Of a stretch of DNA of 64,000 bases, positions 53,064 through 63,313 are shown one piece after another. Each line of letters starts with the position of its first letter. The stretch's first letter is position 1. A program made the position numbers and the translations under genes. A model generated the notes under the pieces. The model had not been told where the DNA came from and ran no database searches. It saw only the letters and a program-made list of their open reading frames with translations. The stretch comes from a phage, in the sequence record PZ534511.1. The stretch is one strand, 5' to 3'.

Positions 53064-54104
53064 CTATGCATAATTAACAGTGATCCATTGACCATTTACA
53101 AGTTTTTGTAAAGGTCCTGCCCAGTAGGTTGAACCACGCATCTCTTTTTTGTCACCGAAATGCCAGCCTGTGACAACGTAGCCGTTGCGGATTGGAGATT
53201 CAGAAACGCCGTCCACAAGTCTTGCACCGATTCTGATGTCTTGCACACCTGTCTGCGGGATAGTGATCGTTACATCACCGTTACCGTTAGCCGTCACTCC
53301 ATTCACGGAGCGCACCACATTTCTGTTACCGACAACACAGTGCTGGCTTCTTACAACCATACTGTCACAACTTGCACCACCATTAACATATACTGACCCA
53401 GCCGTCAACTGACTAGCCACATTACAGTTGGTGAATGTTGCTGTATTGCTGATAGTAAGGTTATTGCACCTCATGTTATCGACAACTTCAACATTGCCTA
53501 CCACTTTCAACAGCGCACGATTAGCCGTGATCGCGTTAAGGTACATCAAAGTGAACTCTGGATTAATATCCGGCTGAGTTGGCTGGAATCTCCAACGAAA
53601 CGCATCTACTGTAGATGTACCACCATCATCAAACGACCCGGTATTATCACTTAACCCAAAGTCGAGAGTTGTCTTATCTGGGCCAATAGTTGTCTCTATC
53701 CAAGCCTTATCTGTCTCGGCAGCTTTAAAGTTGATACGTTGCAACCCCAAGGGGCCTGTCATTGTATCACCTGTAACTTTTACATACCTGGCGTCTGCCT
53801 CTTCCTTAGTGATAATCCCAAGGTTTCTACGGGCAACAGGGATGTTCAAAAGATCGCTCAAGTTATTATCACGTACCAGATAACGGCCTTCTTGAGCGGG
53901 GATCTGCTCGTCAGCAATGTATTTTGCCCAAGTTCCGAGCATATTGAAAATATAGTTAAGTTCTTCACAGGATGGCTTTTGACCAAGATCCCAACCTTTT
54001 CTCCACAAATCATCAATCGGGCGTAGCCTGTTCTGTCTGTGGGTGTTAGGCAGAACCTGATCCTCCTCTGCCCAAATCTCTAATGGAAAACTAGGTTTTG
54101 ACAT
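53064..54104 (-). CDS. tail fibre protein, paralogue 1 (346 aa)
   Basis: See 51006..52052; conserved termini, divergent central region. Confidence 0.6.
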   Translation of the reverse strand: MSKPSFPLEIWAEEDQVLPNTHRQNRLRPIDDLWRKGWDLGQKPSCEELNYIFNMLGTWAKYIADEQIPAQEGRYLVRDNNLSDLLNIPVARRNLGIITKEEADARYVKVTGDTMTGPLGLQRINFKAAETDKAWIETTIGPDKTTLDFGLSDNTGSFDDGGTSTVDAFRWRFQPTQPDINPEFTLMYLNAITANRALLKVVGNVEVVDNMRCNNLTISNTATFTNCNVASQLTAGSVYVNGGASCDSMVVRSQHCVVGNRNVVRSVNGVTANGNGDVTITIPQTGVQDIRIGARLVDGVSESPIRNGYVVTGWHFGDKKEMRGSTYWAGPLQKLVNGQWITVNYA

Positions 54105-54116
54105 TTTATCTCCTGA

Positions 54117-56189
54117 TTATGAGAAGTCTGGAGGGACAACATCTTCTACATACCCTTTCAGAGCAACCTGCCCCATATGAAGCACGGTAGAATCTCTGGC
54201 TGTAACAGTGATGCTGTCAGACATTACTTGCGGGTATGCCCACACATACTGTTTTACCTCAGGGTATCTATACTCTATGGTTGCCATGTTTCCGCAGATA
54301 CATCTCCATAAAAATTCTTGGTAATTCCTGGTTGGGTCGTAGCCATATACCGGAGCAAGCTCTTTACTAGGAACGAACCCTGCAAGGTATTGTATTTCAG
54401 ACGGTTGCCAACCTAACTTAACGATAGGTATGTTTACAGACTCTTTTGCCTTTTCAATACCTCCCTGCATCACCCAATCGTAGCACTCGGTGCAGAAGAA
54501 ATCAAGAGCACCTGCTTCTTTTTTATATTGGTCAGCAAGGTTCAGCTTTTGCGTAAGCTCTGTTTCCATAATGGTTGGGAAAAACAGCAGAGCTGTCATC
54601 TGAGCTGATGCAGCGTGTGCCTTTATTGCCTTTGAAATGGCCGCAATACGAGCGCCAAGCTTACCACGACAAAATGCTACATACTTGTCGTAAACACCGC
54701 CAGTTTTAGGATCGTCAATAGTCCCAATATCTAATGCATACTCACCTGTCTCATCATAAAACGCCTGCTTTGTAGGGTAATCATAAATACAAGGTCTACG
54801 AGTATCGGTATTGTACCACCACCACGGTTCACCAACCTGCATAATCACTGGCAGGTTGTTTCTCATAGCGGCTGATGCAAAATTCTTAAATACTGCAGTA
54901 AGGAAATTCATACCCTCTTCAATGGTTGGAGACAGGAGGTAGCTACAGGGTGTATACCCTGTTTTAGCGTAGTTATCGTTCCAGTCTCTTTGGGTCCATT
55001 CCAACGGGCAGGCATCGCTGAAAAGCTCAAAACTTACAGATTGCATAACGTCGAAGTTATGTCGTTTGGCATTGTACATAAAATCATCATGCCATTTATA
55101 AGCTGCAGCGTTTAGCGCCCCTGTTCTGTTTATAGACCATTGGGTTCCTGACCATGTGTAGTCATAATAATGACTCATACCAACATAATGGTTTATGGTT
55201 CCGGTATAGCCCAGACGCTTGATATTGTTCAACACCCTTAAAGGAGATACGTTCCACATATCGTCATATGCGGTGCAGATCCCAACGTCGTGCTCTTTAA
55301 CCTGAATATTGTTAAGTTGCATCATTTTCCAGCCTGTGTCTGGCTGGAGCAGATCTAGGCGCAACTCACACTCTACATTTTCCGTTCTCGGGTCTGTGCT
55401 ATTACTTACCCAGTCTTTAGGCATAAGCGGTATTAAAATCCTTCTCACCTGTCGAGGATCAACACCCATCATGTTGTTGTTCTGATCCATCCCGACGCAG
55501 TCCTCGAAATCAATATGAATCTCTGCAACATTCTTATCCTCTGAGATGCTGACAGCATATTGAGCTAAAGGAACATAGATGATTGTGCCATCAACAAGGT
55601 CTACAGTCATAATCATCTTTTCAGGGGTGGAGAAGTTGCTGGCATTGGTTATTGACATTCTGAACCAAAGCTTGGTGTTTCTCATCTCATAGTGATCATC
55701 AAACCCAATACCGAAATGGTCATACTTGTCAACTGTTTCCCAAATGCACCCAGCCATACCTCCATATGTTCTTGACACTAAACGGTTAATACAACAGTTG
55801 TTATCTGCAACAATACAGGTACTTTCAGTCTGCTGAGTAGTTGTAACCCAATACCTTGGGTGAAACATTCTCTCCTCAACAGTATCCCAAGATATCCTGT
55901 CAAGATTCTCATCTGAAACTATTGTACATTTCGCCCTTTGTGTTCCAATCATCACCCCTTGAGATTTTGATGAAAACTCCATAAAGAAGCTTCTTGGCAA
56001 CCTGTTGGGTAATTTGTCAACAATTTCCACTGGGATCTCAATACTGGTTGCCCCAATTGGGATAGTTACATCACCCTCAACATGATTATAATCCCTACCA
56101 GGAACGGCAGTATCCTGAACTGTGCGGTAATGAAACCGTGCAGCCATTGTAGAGTAATCACGGTAAGGTTTAAAAATAGCTGTTGCCAT
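54117..56189 (-). CDS. tail/baseplate-associated structural protein (690 aa)
   Basis: Large ORF in the tail module; Trp/Tyr-rich; function not assignable by eye. Confidence 0.45.
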   Translation of the reverse strand: MATAIFKPYRDYSTMAARFHYRTVQDTAVPGRDYNHVEGDVTIPIGATSIEIPVEIVDKLPNRLPRSFFMEFSSKSQGVMIGTQRAKCTIVSDENLDRISWDTVEERMFHPRYWVTTTQQTESTCIVADNNCCINRLVSRTYGGMAGCIWETVDKYDHFGIGFDDHYEMRNTKLWFRMSITNASNFSTPEKMIMTVDLVDGTIIYVPLAQYAVSISEDKNVAEIHIDFEDCVGMDQNNNMMGVDPRQVRRILIPLMPKDWVSNSTDPRTENVECELRLDLLQPDTGWKMMQLNNIQVKEHDVGICTAYDDMWNVSPLRVLNNIKRLGYTGTINHYVGMSHYYDYTWSGTQWSINRTGALNAAAYKWHDDFMYNAKRHNFDVMQSVSFELFSDACPLEWTQRDWNDNYAKTGYTPCSYLLSPTIEEGMNFLTAVFKNFASAAMRNNLPVIMQVGEPWWWYNTDTRRPCIYDYPTKQAFYDETGEYALDIGTIDDPKTGGVYDKYVAFCRGKLGARIAAISKAIKAHAASAQMTALLFFPTIMETELTQKLNLADQYKKEAGALDFFCTECYDWVMQGGIEKAKESVNIPIVKLGWQPSEIQYLAGFVPSKELAPVYGYDPTRNYQEFLWRCICGNMATIEYRYPEVKQYVWAYPQVMSDSITVTARDSTVLHMGQVALKGYVEDVVPPDFS

Positions 56190-56875
56190 TAACCCTCCTG
56201 TCTAGTTGCGTTTACTGTAATACTTTCACAATAAATGGTTGTGGTGTCCCAATCAGGTCTTACGTCAGGAACATACAGCAAAGTAGCCAGCCCACCAACT
56301 CCGAATTGGTTTTCTTCCCACACTGATCCGAAGCCAAGAGCTGTAGAGTCCCCTTCAAAACCAAAAGCTTGCCCTTGCGATTCTGTAAGACGCAAATGAC
56401 AAGGTAATGGTAGCATATCTAAGATCTGATCGATAGACTGCAATATGTCAAAGCAAGTTTTTCTAATATTTATGTCAAACCTGAAGTTGTCTCCTTTCCA
56501 CGTATCGAAATTGTCTCTTCCGAACAATTGTCGCAAGGTGGAGATGACATCTTCGCGAGTCCCGCCCCTTGATGCTGCGGCCTGCTGAATAATTAGTGTG
56601 GCACGAAAATCAGCATCTGAAAGTCCATTCCTAAGAATACCAAGTTGATTACCAACTTCGTCAAGGTATCTTCCGCTGGCATTGTTAAGCAATCTTCCTT
56701 CAGCCAAACCTACCAGCATCTTATCAACATCCTCCAACCTTTTAAGGTATACGGTTAAGAATGTGACTAAATTAACCTTCTCAGCCAGAAAATCTCCAGG
56801 CAGGTAGTCAAGACCTCCCTGAACAAAATCTGGCAGAGTGTGGATGTGGTTAACATCCGACTTAATCTCTGCCAT
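56189..56875 (-). CDS. tail/baseplate-associated protein (228 aa)
   Basis: Track ORF; start overlaps the upstream stop. Confidence 0.45.
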   Translation of the reverse strand: MAEIKSDVNHIHTLPDFVQGGLDYLPGDFLAEKVNLVTFLTVYLKRLEDVDKMLVGLAEGRLLNNASGRYLDEVGNQLGILRNGLSDADFRATLIIQQAAASRGGTREDVISTLRQLFGRDNFDTWKGDNFRFDINIRKTCFDILQSIDQILDMLPLPCHLRLTESQGQAFGFEGDSTALGFGSVWEENQFGVGGLATLLYVPDVRPDWDTTTIYCESITVNATRQEG

Positions 56876-56886
56876 ATCTCGCCGCC

Positions 56887-58377
56887 TTAAATAGTTTGTT
56901 GGAAAGTTATATTACTTTCGTCGAGGTCAAACACCTCGGTCATGTTCGCAACAATATCGTTTGTAGTGTAAGCTTCATCAGAAGCTCCTACGGATTTAAC
57001 TTGAATTACCAGCCTATTAAATCTGCCTATTGACACAGCAGCAGATGCAGCACCTACCAATTGGATATTATACAACGTATCTGCAACATCCAGTCCGTTA
57101 ACAACCTGCAAAAGAGCCTCTATAATGGCATCTTTTTCGGTTGTAGAAAGCGCAGCACCGGAGTAGGTAATTCTTACATCTAGGCGGTAGGTGTTTGCCT
57201 TGGAGTAATAAATTCTTTCAGTTTGACCGTCAGATGTAGTGACATCGTAGAAAATATTACCATAAGTCCTGTTCGTACAGGCTATAGTTTGGTAAAGTGC
57301 TTGGCAAATGTCTTCCGTTGCACCACCAAACACAACCACTTGGAACTTGTAAGGGGGTATACCTTTAGCATCAGTTTTATCGGTGTTATTGGAGAACACT
57401 CTCACTTTCTCAACACCTTTCACCTCGCTTACAGCGCTAAGGATTGCAGGACGGGTAGCCTTAGATGTTAACTGTTTTGTGCTGGAAGCTCTTAAGCGAT
57501 ACTCTGAGTCTTTCTCAACATCCCTGCCCTCATTGAATCTTTCTCGGTTGGTAAGCTTGATAAATCCACTGGGAGTAGGTGACATTGTTGTCACGGTTTC
57601 TGCCTCTCTTGACAACTCACCCGCCTCGTTAGCGATAACATCCAGTGTGATAGTTCTTTCCCCTACAATCGGGGATACTCTGAAATCTACTCTACTATTA
57701 AGTCCAACTTGATCAAGATTCGAATTGTACCCTATCCACAACGTTCCTGTCAACATATCTATCTGAATCAAATCGTCGTTCAACAGGGTTGTATTATCGA
57801 CAATGAACTGCTTAATCTCTCCGTAAAAGCTTGGCAGATCAGAAGAGTCCAGAGACTTATCTGTTAAAACCAGACTTTTTGTTTTGATACTTCCATCTGT
57901 CTGGTTGGTAATTTGAAAGTTGTATTTACCAATCCTTAGGTCTGGGGCATTTATTCTGTGAGCAATAAGATTCCCTGCTACTTGCACATCGTTGCTAAGA
58001 ACAAAGTTGCCACTGTCCAGCGTATAAGTTTTGGAATCATAAATCATATTGTACGGCACAGTTGTGTTGATTGTCAACTGGCAGGTACCTGATGATTTAG
58101 AACGGCCTCTTCGGTAAATACCTTGTCTTCCAAGAAGCTCATCTAGGTAAATACCTTCTGCCCCATACAGCGTCTGTGATGCGTATACAGATGCTGCCAT
58201 AAGAATAAGTTGATACTCTCGCTCGTTGAAGATAGTGGTCAGCTTATCTGCAACGGAGTTACTCTGTACGTTGAAGTTTTCGCCAAAAGCACGGATCAGG
58301 CTTTGCTTAGTTTCAACGATTAGGTCATTTAGGGTTGGTATAACGAAACCAGCCTCTGTCAATCCATACTTAGCCAC
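56887..58377 (-). CDS. putative baseplate/tail-tip protein (496 aa)
   Basis: Immediately downstream of the gpJ-like gene; structural-protein composition. Confidence 0.45.
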   Translation of the reverse strand: MAKYGLTEAGFVIPTLNDLIVETKQSLIRAFGENFNVQSNSVADKLTTIFNEREYQLILMAASVYASQTLYGAEGIYLDELLGRQGIYRRGRSKSSGTCQLTINTTVPYNMIYDSKTYTLDSGNFVLSNDVQVAGNLIAHRINAPDLRIGKYNFQITNQTDGSIKTKSLVLTDKSLDSSDLPSFYGEIKQFIVDNTTLLNDDLIQIDMLTGTLWIGYNSNLDQVGLNSRVDFRVSPIVGERTITLDVIANEAGELSREAETVTTMSPTPSGFIKLTNRERFNEGRDVEKDSEYRLRASSTKQLTSKATRPAILSAVSEVKGVEKVRVFSNNTDKTDAKGIPPYKFQVVVFGGATEDICQALYQTIACTNRTYGNIFYDVTTSDGQTERIYYSKANTYRLDVRITYSGAALSTTEKDAIIEALLQVVNGLDVADTLYNIQLVGAASAAVSIGRFNRLVIQVKSVGASDEAYTTNDIVANMTEVFDLDESNITFQQTI

Positions 58378-58444
58378 GTCACTCCTCCGGTATGAAAATC
58401 TCTACAAGGTATTTTACCAAATTTTGTAACAATAGTCAATCTGA

Positions 58445-58476
58445 GCATAAAAATAAACCCCGCCGAAGCGGGGCTT
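58445..58476 (-). terminator. rho-independent terminator (minus strand) after the gpJ-like gene
   Basis: Minus-strand hairpin GCCCCGCTTCGGCGGGGT (UUCG loop) followed by TTATTTTTAT. Confidence 0.65.
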
Positions 58477-58482
58477 TAAAGG

Positions 58483-61400
58483 TTAGTCGTGAGACTCGTT
58501 CCAAGGTCCCTGGAAGCTAGAGTTTGAACGACTTACTATCACAGTAGGACAGGATATTGTAACACCTGTTATAGCTGAGGTGGACCAGCGTGTGTAAATT
58601 TCAACAATAATGTCTATGGTCTGTTCACCCAGCCCTGTTATCCCGACTGCACACATACCATCGTTGTCGTTACCATACTTCTTGCCAGCGAGCAACTGGT
58701 GCCCCGCTATCCACACATTCAACTGGGAGCCTCCTAGAGTTCCGTTAAGCTTAAAGAAGAATGTTACGTTCTTACCTTGTCCTTGAACGTTATCCACGTA
58801 TCTCCATCTCCAACGGCAAACCTGCTGCTGAGAGTTGTATACTGGAGGACAGTCACCGTAGGTCTTGTGTGCAACTATTGCACCTTCGAACTGGTTAGCA
58901 CGAATAACAGAAGCCTCTACACGCCCACGGAAGGTACCTCCGGTTGCATCTATGGTGCCCCTAAAGCTACCGTTATTGGCATAAACATCCCCACGGAAGG
59001 TACCACTGGTGGCGTTAACTGCCCCTGTGAAGTTACCAGAACTGGCGTTGATGTTGCCTTTCACCCATACATCCATAAATTGGGCGTGCCCGTTCTTGTT
59101 AATATACCAACCGTATTTATGGTACCCGTTGCCATCGTAGTTGTTTGACGAAATTTCTTGTGCGATCTTGGCAGAAGAGATCGTGCCATTCTCTATAAAA
59201 GCGTCTTTCAAGAACGCTTGGTTGTTCTTGATTGCGAAAGCAAGGGTTGCTGTTCCATTTCCGGGGTTGTATACCGCAAAGTTGTTTGCACTAACCATGA
59301 AGTAGGATTGAACTTGGCCCCCAGACCCTTCCATCCCCAACTGGATACCTGCAACATATTTATTCCCTGCGGAGTCTACCTGTATTTTTGTGCCCCATTG
59401 AGCATTTACTTTACCCTCTAAGTCGGTTACAGCCTTAGATGTTGTAGCTACTGCAGCCCTAAGCTCAGATACATCCCCAACATCATTGATGATCTCCTGC
59501 TTAGCGACAGCAAGTTCTTGACGAATAGCTGACGCTGTGCCGTTGATAAGGTCCACAGTGGCTTTGTTGGTATCGGAAATTGTAGCATCCAGCGCTGTTT
59601 TTGTGGAGGTCAGTTTTCCATCCAAAGCATCAATCGCTTGCTTGTTGGTAGAGATCTCCCCACGTGCAGAAGTTATTTGCTCTGACAGTGCAGATGTTTT
59701 CTGATTCAACAAGTCAGTGGTGGCCTTGTTGGTATTGGCAATCAAGGTGTTGAGGTCAGTTTTTGCGGTAGTTATCTTGCCGTCAAGGGTGGTATAGTTT
59801 TTAGATACCGTCGCGTTTGTCTGACTAATCTTTTGATCCAGAGTTTCAGATGTCCTGTTCAAAAGATCTACAGTGGCTTGGTTAGTGCTCAAGATGCTTG
59901 CGTCAAGTTCTGTTCTCTGAGTATTGATCTTACCATCCAGAGTTTTATCTCCGGCTAAATACCCGCTCTCAACTCCCCCTATCTGCTCTACCAGCTCACC
60001 TTTGGCGGCAACCAATTTCTCATCTAAAGCCTCTGTCTTTTTGTTCAGAAGATCAGTAGTTGCTTTATTGGTTGTCTCGATTAGAGATGCCAGTCTGCCA
60101 CTTTCAGTGTTCAGATCGTTGGTGAATTTGTTCTGTGCAGCAACAAGTTTCCTATCCAGCGCTGTAATGTTACCATTGACATCTTCAAACTTCTGAGTTG
60201 TTTCTGTAACTACCGCACCTATTCTGTCCCCAAGTTGCTGGAACGCTTCATCTACCCTACCATCCATGTACCTGTTAAGTTCTGTGACACGATTTTCAAC
60301 CTCTTCAATAGAGGAATCCAAAGTGCTCATCAACTCTTTATAAGTTTCTGTCTTTTTGAATTCAGCATCTATCTGAGGCATCAAATCCTCAATAGAGGTG
60401 TAGCAGCGTGCAGCGCATTCTACAAACTGAGAACTACCAAAAGCGTTTGTGGTTCGAATATACCAATAATAAACCTTATCGTTCTGCAGACCTTCAGATG
60501 TCCAAGTTGAACCAACACCCATACGGGTGGCGTTTGAAGTAACGGTTGCATCACTGGTGTCTGGCAACCTTGTCATACCGGATGTCCAAAAGTCATACTG
60601 GGTGCTAACACTTGCTAAATCCCTACTATGCGGAATCAAGGTGATAGCAAAGTATCCTTGCTTAACCTCTACAGAAACCGGAGCTTCAGGTGCCTGAATG
60701 TTAAACTCACAATACGCTTCTGGAGATACACCACCTTTATAAGATGTTGCAACCACGGTTGCTGTGTATGACCCTTTGGTCAAACCTTCTACTCTGACAA
60801 ACTGCTCAACTGTCTGTGCTGTCCAAACAATCTCTCCGTTCTTTCTTACCTGCACAATATTTTGAGCGTAAGTCCCAACGTTGTCCCAAGCCAAAACACC
60901 GTGAGTTACTTCCCCAGCTTGGAGAACGGAGTATCTGAAGTTTTGCGGTTGAGCTACACCAGATGGAGATATCGGAATATCTACATTGCCAGAATCCGGA
61001 AGTTGCCCTGTGGCATCATTCCACTCTTTAGCATCTTGACGAAGTTTTACCTTGACACCACCCTTTTTGGTAAACTCCCATTCAAGAACCCTCATTTCTT
61101 GGCCCACTATACCTATACTTGGAAGGTTCATTGTAACGTAACGACCAGGTTTAAATTTAAAACCTCGCATATTGCAGGTGACTTCAATAATCCTGCCAGC
61201 TCTCGCGCGTCTTAAGAAGATTGCAGAAACACGCTGAGCTTGATAAGGGCTGGTAACAAAGCGATAGTCTATATCGATTATCTTTCTTTCTCCATCCTTC
61301 TCTATCCACTCTGGGACAAACACTGATGGAAAATCTGTTTCAGAATACCCTTTGGTCGGACTAGTGAATCTGCCGGTTATTGTGTTGGATCTTTTGTCAA

Positions 61401-62322
61401 ATGAGGCTTCCGGGTAGATCTTGACCTCACCACAGACACAATCCTCACTCAGTGTCATTGTTGCCGGGCCATAGTATGCACCAACCAGCAAACCATACTT
61501 ACCAGCTACATAGCTGAGATCTGCGCCACAAGCTTTCAGCATTTCTGCCATAATACTTGCTGGGGCCTCATCCATATCGAACTCGCCATTAATTGTGTAA
61601 CGACGCTCGCTGGTTCCGTCTGCGTTTCTTACAGCCTCGTCGCATATGTTGGCAGCCTCCTTGAAGGACTCCCAGTTGATGGTTTCGTCAGGACATTTAA
61701 GGTACGTTCTTAAATAGTCCAGAATCACCAAGGCAGCGTTATTGGTATACACCTCTTTACTAGTGCGAGGATCATAGCATTTTTTACCAACCTTGACGAG
61801 TGTGACGTTTGGCAACCCAAAAGGAAACTTGTTAGGGTCAAACCTAAAGCTGACCCGTAGCCAACTGATCCCTCTACCTATCATGTCCGGTGACCACGAT
61901 GGGCAGTGTGTGCCCATGAAAGGATCAGAGGTTTTTCTATCGTTATGTAGCTCCCACGATACCAAATCCCCATACGAAGAAATAGGATTACCGTCGATAA
62001 GTATATCTTCTATACCTTCCAGAGGGTGATTGGCAAGAACAATAGCACAATGAAGGGTTCTGTCCCTGTCCTGCTCCAAAAACGCAAGCAATCCAGATGT
62101 ACGTGTCTTCCCATACACTACAGAGCAAGGTGCAGCAGAAGATCTGAGAAGCTTTTGTCTATCTTGCTGACTTCTGTAAGATTTGTTTCCCTCGAAAATC
62201 TTATCCAGAGTTCTGGTGGTAACAGTGTTCAGGCTGTCAGCCAGAGCTGCCTTGGATGCGTTCCAGTCATAACTTGAAGATCTTGCAGAAGCAACGATGT
62301 TATCAATCATTGCAATTGGCAT
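58483..62322 (-). CDS. central tail fibre / tip attachment protein, lambda gpJ-like, with coiled-coil repeat insertion
   Basis: Segments KQGYFAITLIPH..YYWYIRTTNAFGSSQFVE and KIQVDSAGNKYVAGIQLGMEGSGG..FMVSANNFAVYNP align with lambda gpJ regions ([64 protein letters not shown]); repeated TDLLN[KQ]KT..L[DS][EQ]K units. Confidence 0.7.
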   Translation of the reverse strand: MPIAMIDNIVASARSSSYDWNASKAALADSLNTVTTRTLDKIFEGNKSYRSQQDRQKLLRSSAAPCSVVYGKTRTSGLLAFLEQDRDRTLHCAIVLANHPLEGIEDILIDGNPISSYGDLVSWELHNDRKTSDPFMGTHCPSWSPDMIGRGISWLRVSFRFDPNKFPFGLPNVTLVKVGKKCYDPRTSKEVYTNNAALVILDYLRTYLKCPDETINWESFKEAANICDEAVRNADGTSERRYTINGEFDMDEAPASIMAEMLKACGADLSYVAGKYGLLVGAYYGPATMTLSEDCVCGEVKIYPEASFDKRSNTITGRFTSPTKGYSETDFPSVFVPEWIEKDGERKIIDIDYRFVTSPYQAQRVSAIFLRRARAGRIIEVTCNMRGFKFKPGRYVTMNLPSIGIVGQEMRVLEWEFTKKGGVKVKLRQDAKEWNDATGQLPDSGNVDIPISPSGVAQPQNFRYSVLQAGEVTHGVLAWDNVGTYAQNIVQVRKNGEIVWTAQTVEQFVRVEGLTKGSYTATVVATSYKGGVSPEAYCEFNIQAPEAPVSVEVKQGYFAITLIPHSRDLASVSTQYDFWTSGMTRLPDTSDATVTSNATRMGVGSTWTSEGLQNDKVYYWYIRTTNAFGSSQFVECAARCYTSIEDLMPQIDAEFKKTETYKELMSTLDSSIEEVENRVTELNRYMDGRVDEAFQQLGDRIGAVVTETTQKFEDVNGNITALDRKLVAAQNKFTNDLNTESGRLASLIETTNKATTDLLNKKTEALDEKLVAAKGELVEQIGGVESGYLAGDKTLDGKINTQRTELDASILSTNQATVDLLNRTSETLDQKISQTNATVSKNYTTLDGKITTAKTDLNTLIANTNKATTDLLNQKTSALSEQITSARGEISTNKQAIDALDGKLTSTKTALDATISDTNKATVDLINGTASAIRQELAVAKQEIINDVGDVSELRAAVATTSKAVTDLEGKVNAQWGTKIQVDSAGNKYVAGIQLGMEGSGGQVQSYFMVSANNFAVYNPGNGTATLAFAIKNNQAFLKDAFIENGTISSAKIAQEISSNNYDGNGYHKYGWYINKNGHAQFMDVWVKGNINASSGNFTGAVNATSGTFRGDVYANNGSFRGTIDATGGTFRGRVEASVIRANQFEGAIVAHKTYGDCPPVYNSQQQVCRWRWRYVDNVQGQGKNVTFFFKLNGTLGGSQLNVWIAGHQLLAGKKYGNDNDGMCAVGITGLGEQTIDIIVEIYTRWSTSAITGVTISCPTVIVSRSNSSFQGPWNESHD
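59450..60300 (-). repeat. tandem imperfect DNA repeats encoding coiled-coil heptad units inside the gpJ-like gene
   Basis: Recurring units such as GGTCCACAGTGGCTTTGTTGGTATCGG, GTCAGTGGTGGCCTTGTTGGTATTGG, ATCTACAGTGGCTTGGTTAGTGCTC, ATCAGTAGTTGCTTTATTGGTTGTC. Confidence 0.6.
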
Positions 62323-62759
62323 TAATACCTCCAGACATCAACAACGATAGAATCTTTCATGTCGAACATAAAGACCCCTTTATCACCTTTAGCCCAAATC
62401 TGGTTGTTCCAGAACACACCAGCGGTGAGCCCGTTCAGACCTTCGAAAATGACAATATCTCCACGCTGAGCCTGTTTAGGAGTATCCAGCCGAGTCATAA
62501 AGAGATCAAAAATAGTAGGCAGGTGTGTGGTTTTGAAACGAAGCATGCACCATCTTTTGCTTTCCAACTCTGTTTTATACGTTCCTTCAAAGTTAGAAAG
62601 AAAATCTGTTCCGTATTGGGCATCAACACACTTAGCCGCAAAGGTGCAACAATCGTGGAATCCCCATTCAAAAGGTATGGTGGCCTCTTCGTCAAACACT
62701 TTCCACAATCTTTCTTGCCAATCCACTAAACGAGGATGTGTGCTCATTAAACCTCCCAA
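62322..62759 (-). CDS. tail assembly protein, NlpC/P60-like (lambda gpK-like)
   Basis: Cys-containing motif FEWGFHDCCTFAAKCV immediately upstream of the gpJ-like gene, as in lambdoid tail-tip gene order. Confidence 0.45.
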   Translation of the reverse strand: MGGLMSTHPRLVDWQERLWKVFDEEATIPFEWGFHDCCTFAAKCVDAQYGTDFLSNFEGTYKTELESKRWCMLRFKTTHLPTIFDLFMTRLDTPKQAQRGDIVIFEGLNGLTAGVFWNNQIWAKGDKGVFMFDMKDSIVVDVWRY

Positions 62760-63313
62760 ATGATCGGGCGGCTCGCCACCTGATCCACATATTTAAAAAA
62801 TCTGTCGTTATCGTTTCTTGAGCTGTGGCTTTCCTCCGTGTACCGATAAGGAAAACCTCTTAACCAGCTGTTGAAGATGGAGGAGATGGATATGGACAAA
62901 GCACTATTCTCGCCTGTCTGAATAGCCATATCTGTTATAAGGCCGTCAAACAAGCCATTAGTTGTAACAGGCAGACCATTCTCCATAGCGGTAATGTACA
63001 ACGTGGCACGACAACCAGAATACTCCGTCTTCAGCAGATCACCCACATACTTAGGATCAAACCCGTTCAATGTCGCTACCACAGATCCGAAGTTGGTGGC
63101 ATCTTTCTCAGACACAGCAGTTAACGTTGCTGATCCACCTATCCCTATAAAATGTTGCCCCTCAATTACTACAACACCAGTGCCTGAGCACACCCTGACA
63201 GTTCCTGTCGGTAGCTCCAGCTTTGCAGCAATTAAGATCTCAACACCATCAAGCTCCAGCTTTTCAAGAAATAAATTATCTAATGGCGCTCTGATCATCT
63301 TAGAAATCCTCAA
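62747..63313 (-). CDS. minor tail protein (lambda gpL-like by position)
   Basis: Synteny upstream of K-like and J-like genes; 188 aa. Confidence 0.4.
   Translation of the reverse strand: MRISKMIRAPLDNLFLEKLELDGVEILIAAKLELPTGTVRVCSGTGVVVIEGQHFIGIGGSATLTAVSEKDATNFGSVVATLNGFDPKYVGDLLKTEYSGCRATLYITAMENGLPVTTNGLFDGLITDMAIQTGENSALSISISSIFNSWLRGFPYRYTEESHSSRNDNDRFFKYVDQVASRPIIWEV

Noticed and set aside
58483-62322. Calling the 1279 aa coiled-coil-containing protein a tape measure protein
   Set aside because: Alignment-by-eye to lambda gpJ segments and its position after K/L/M-like genes indicate a tip attachment/central fibre protein; the tape measure is expected upstream, beyond the window end
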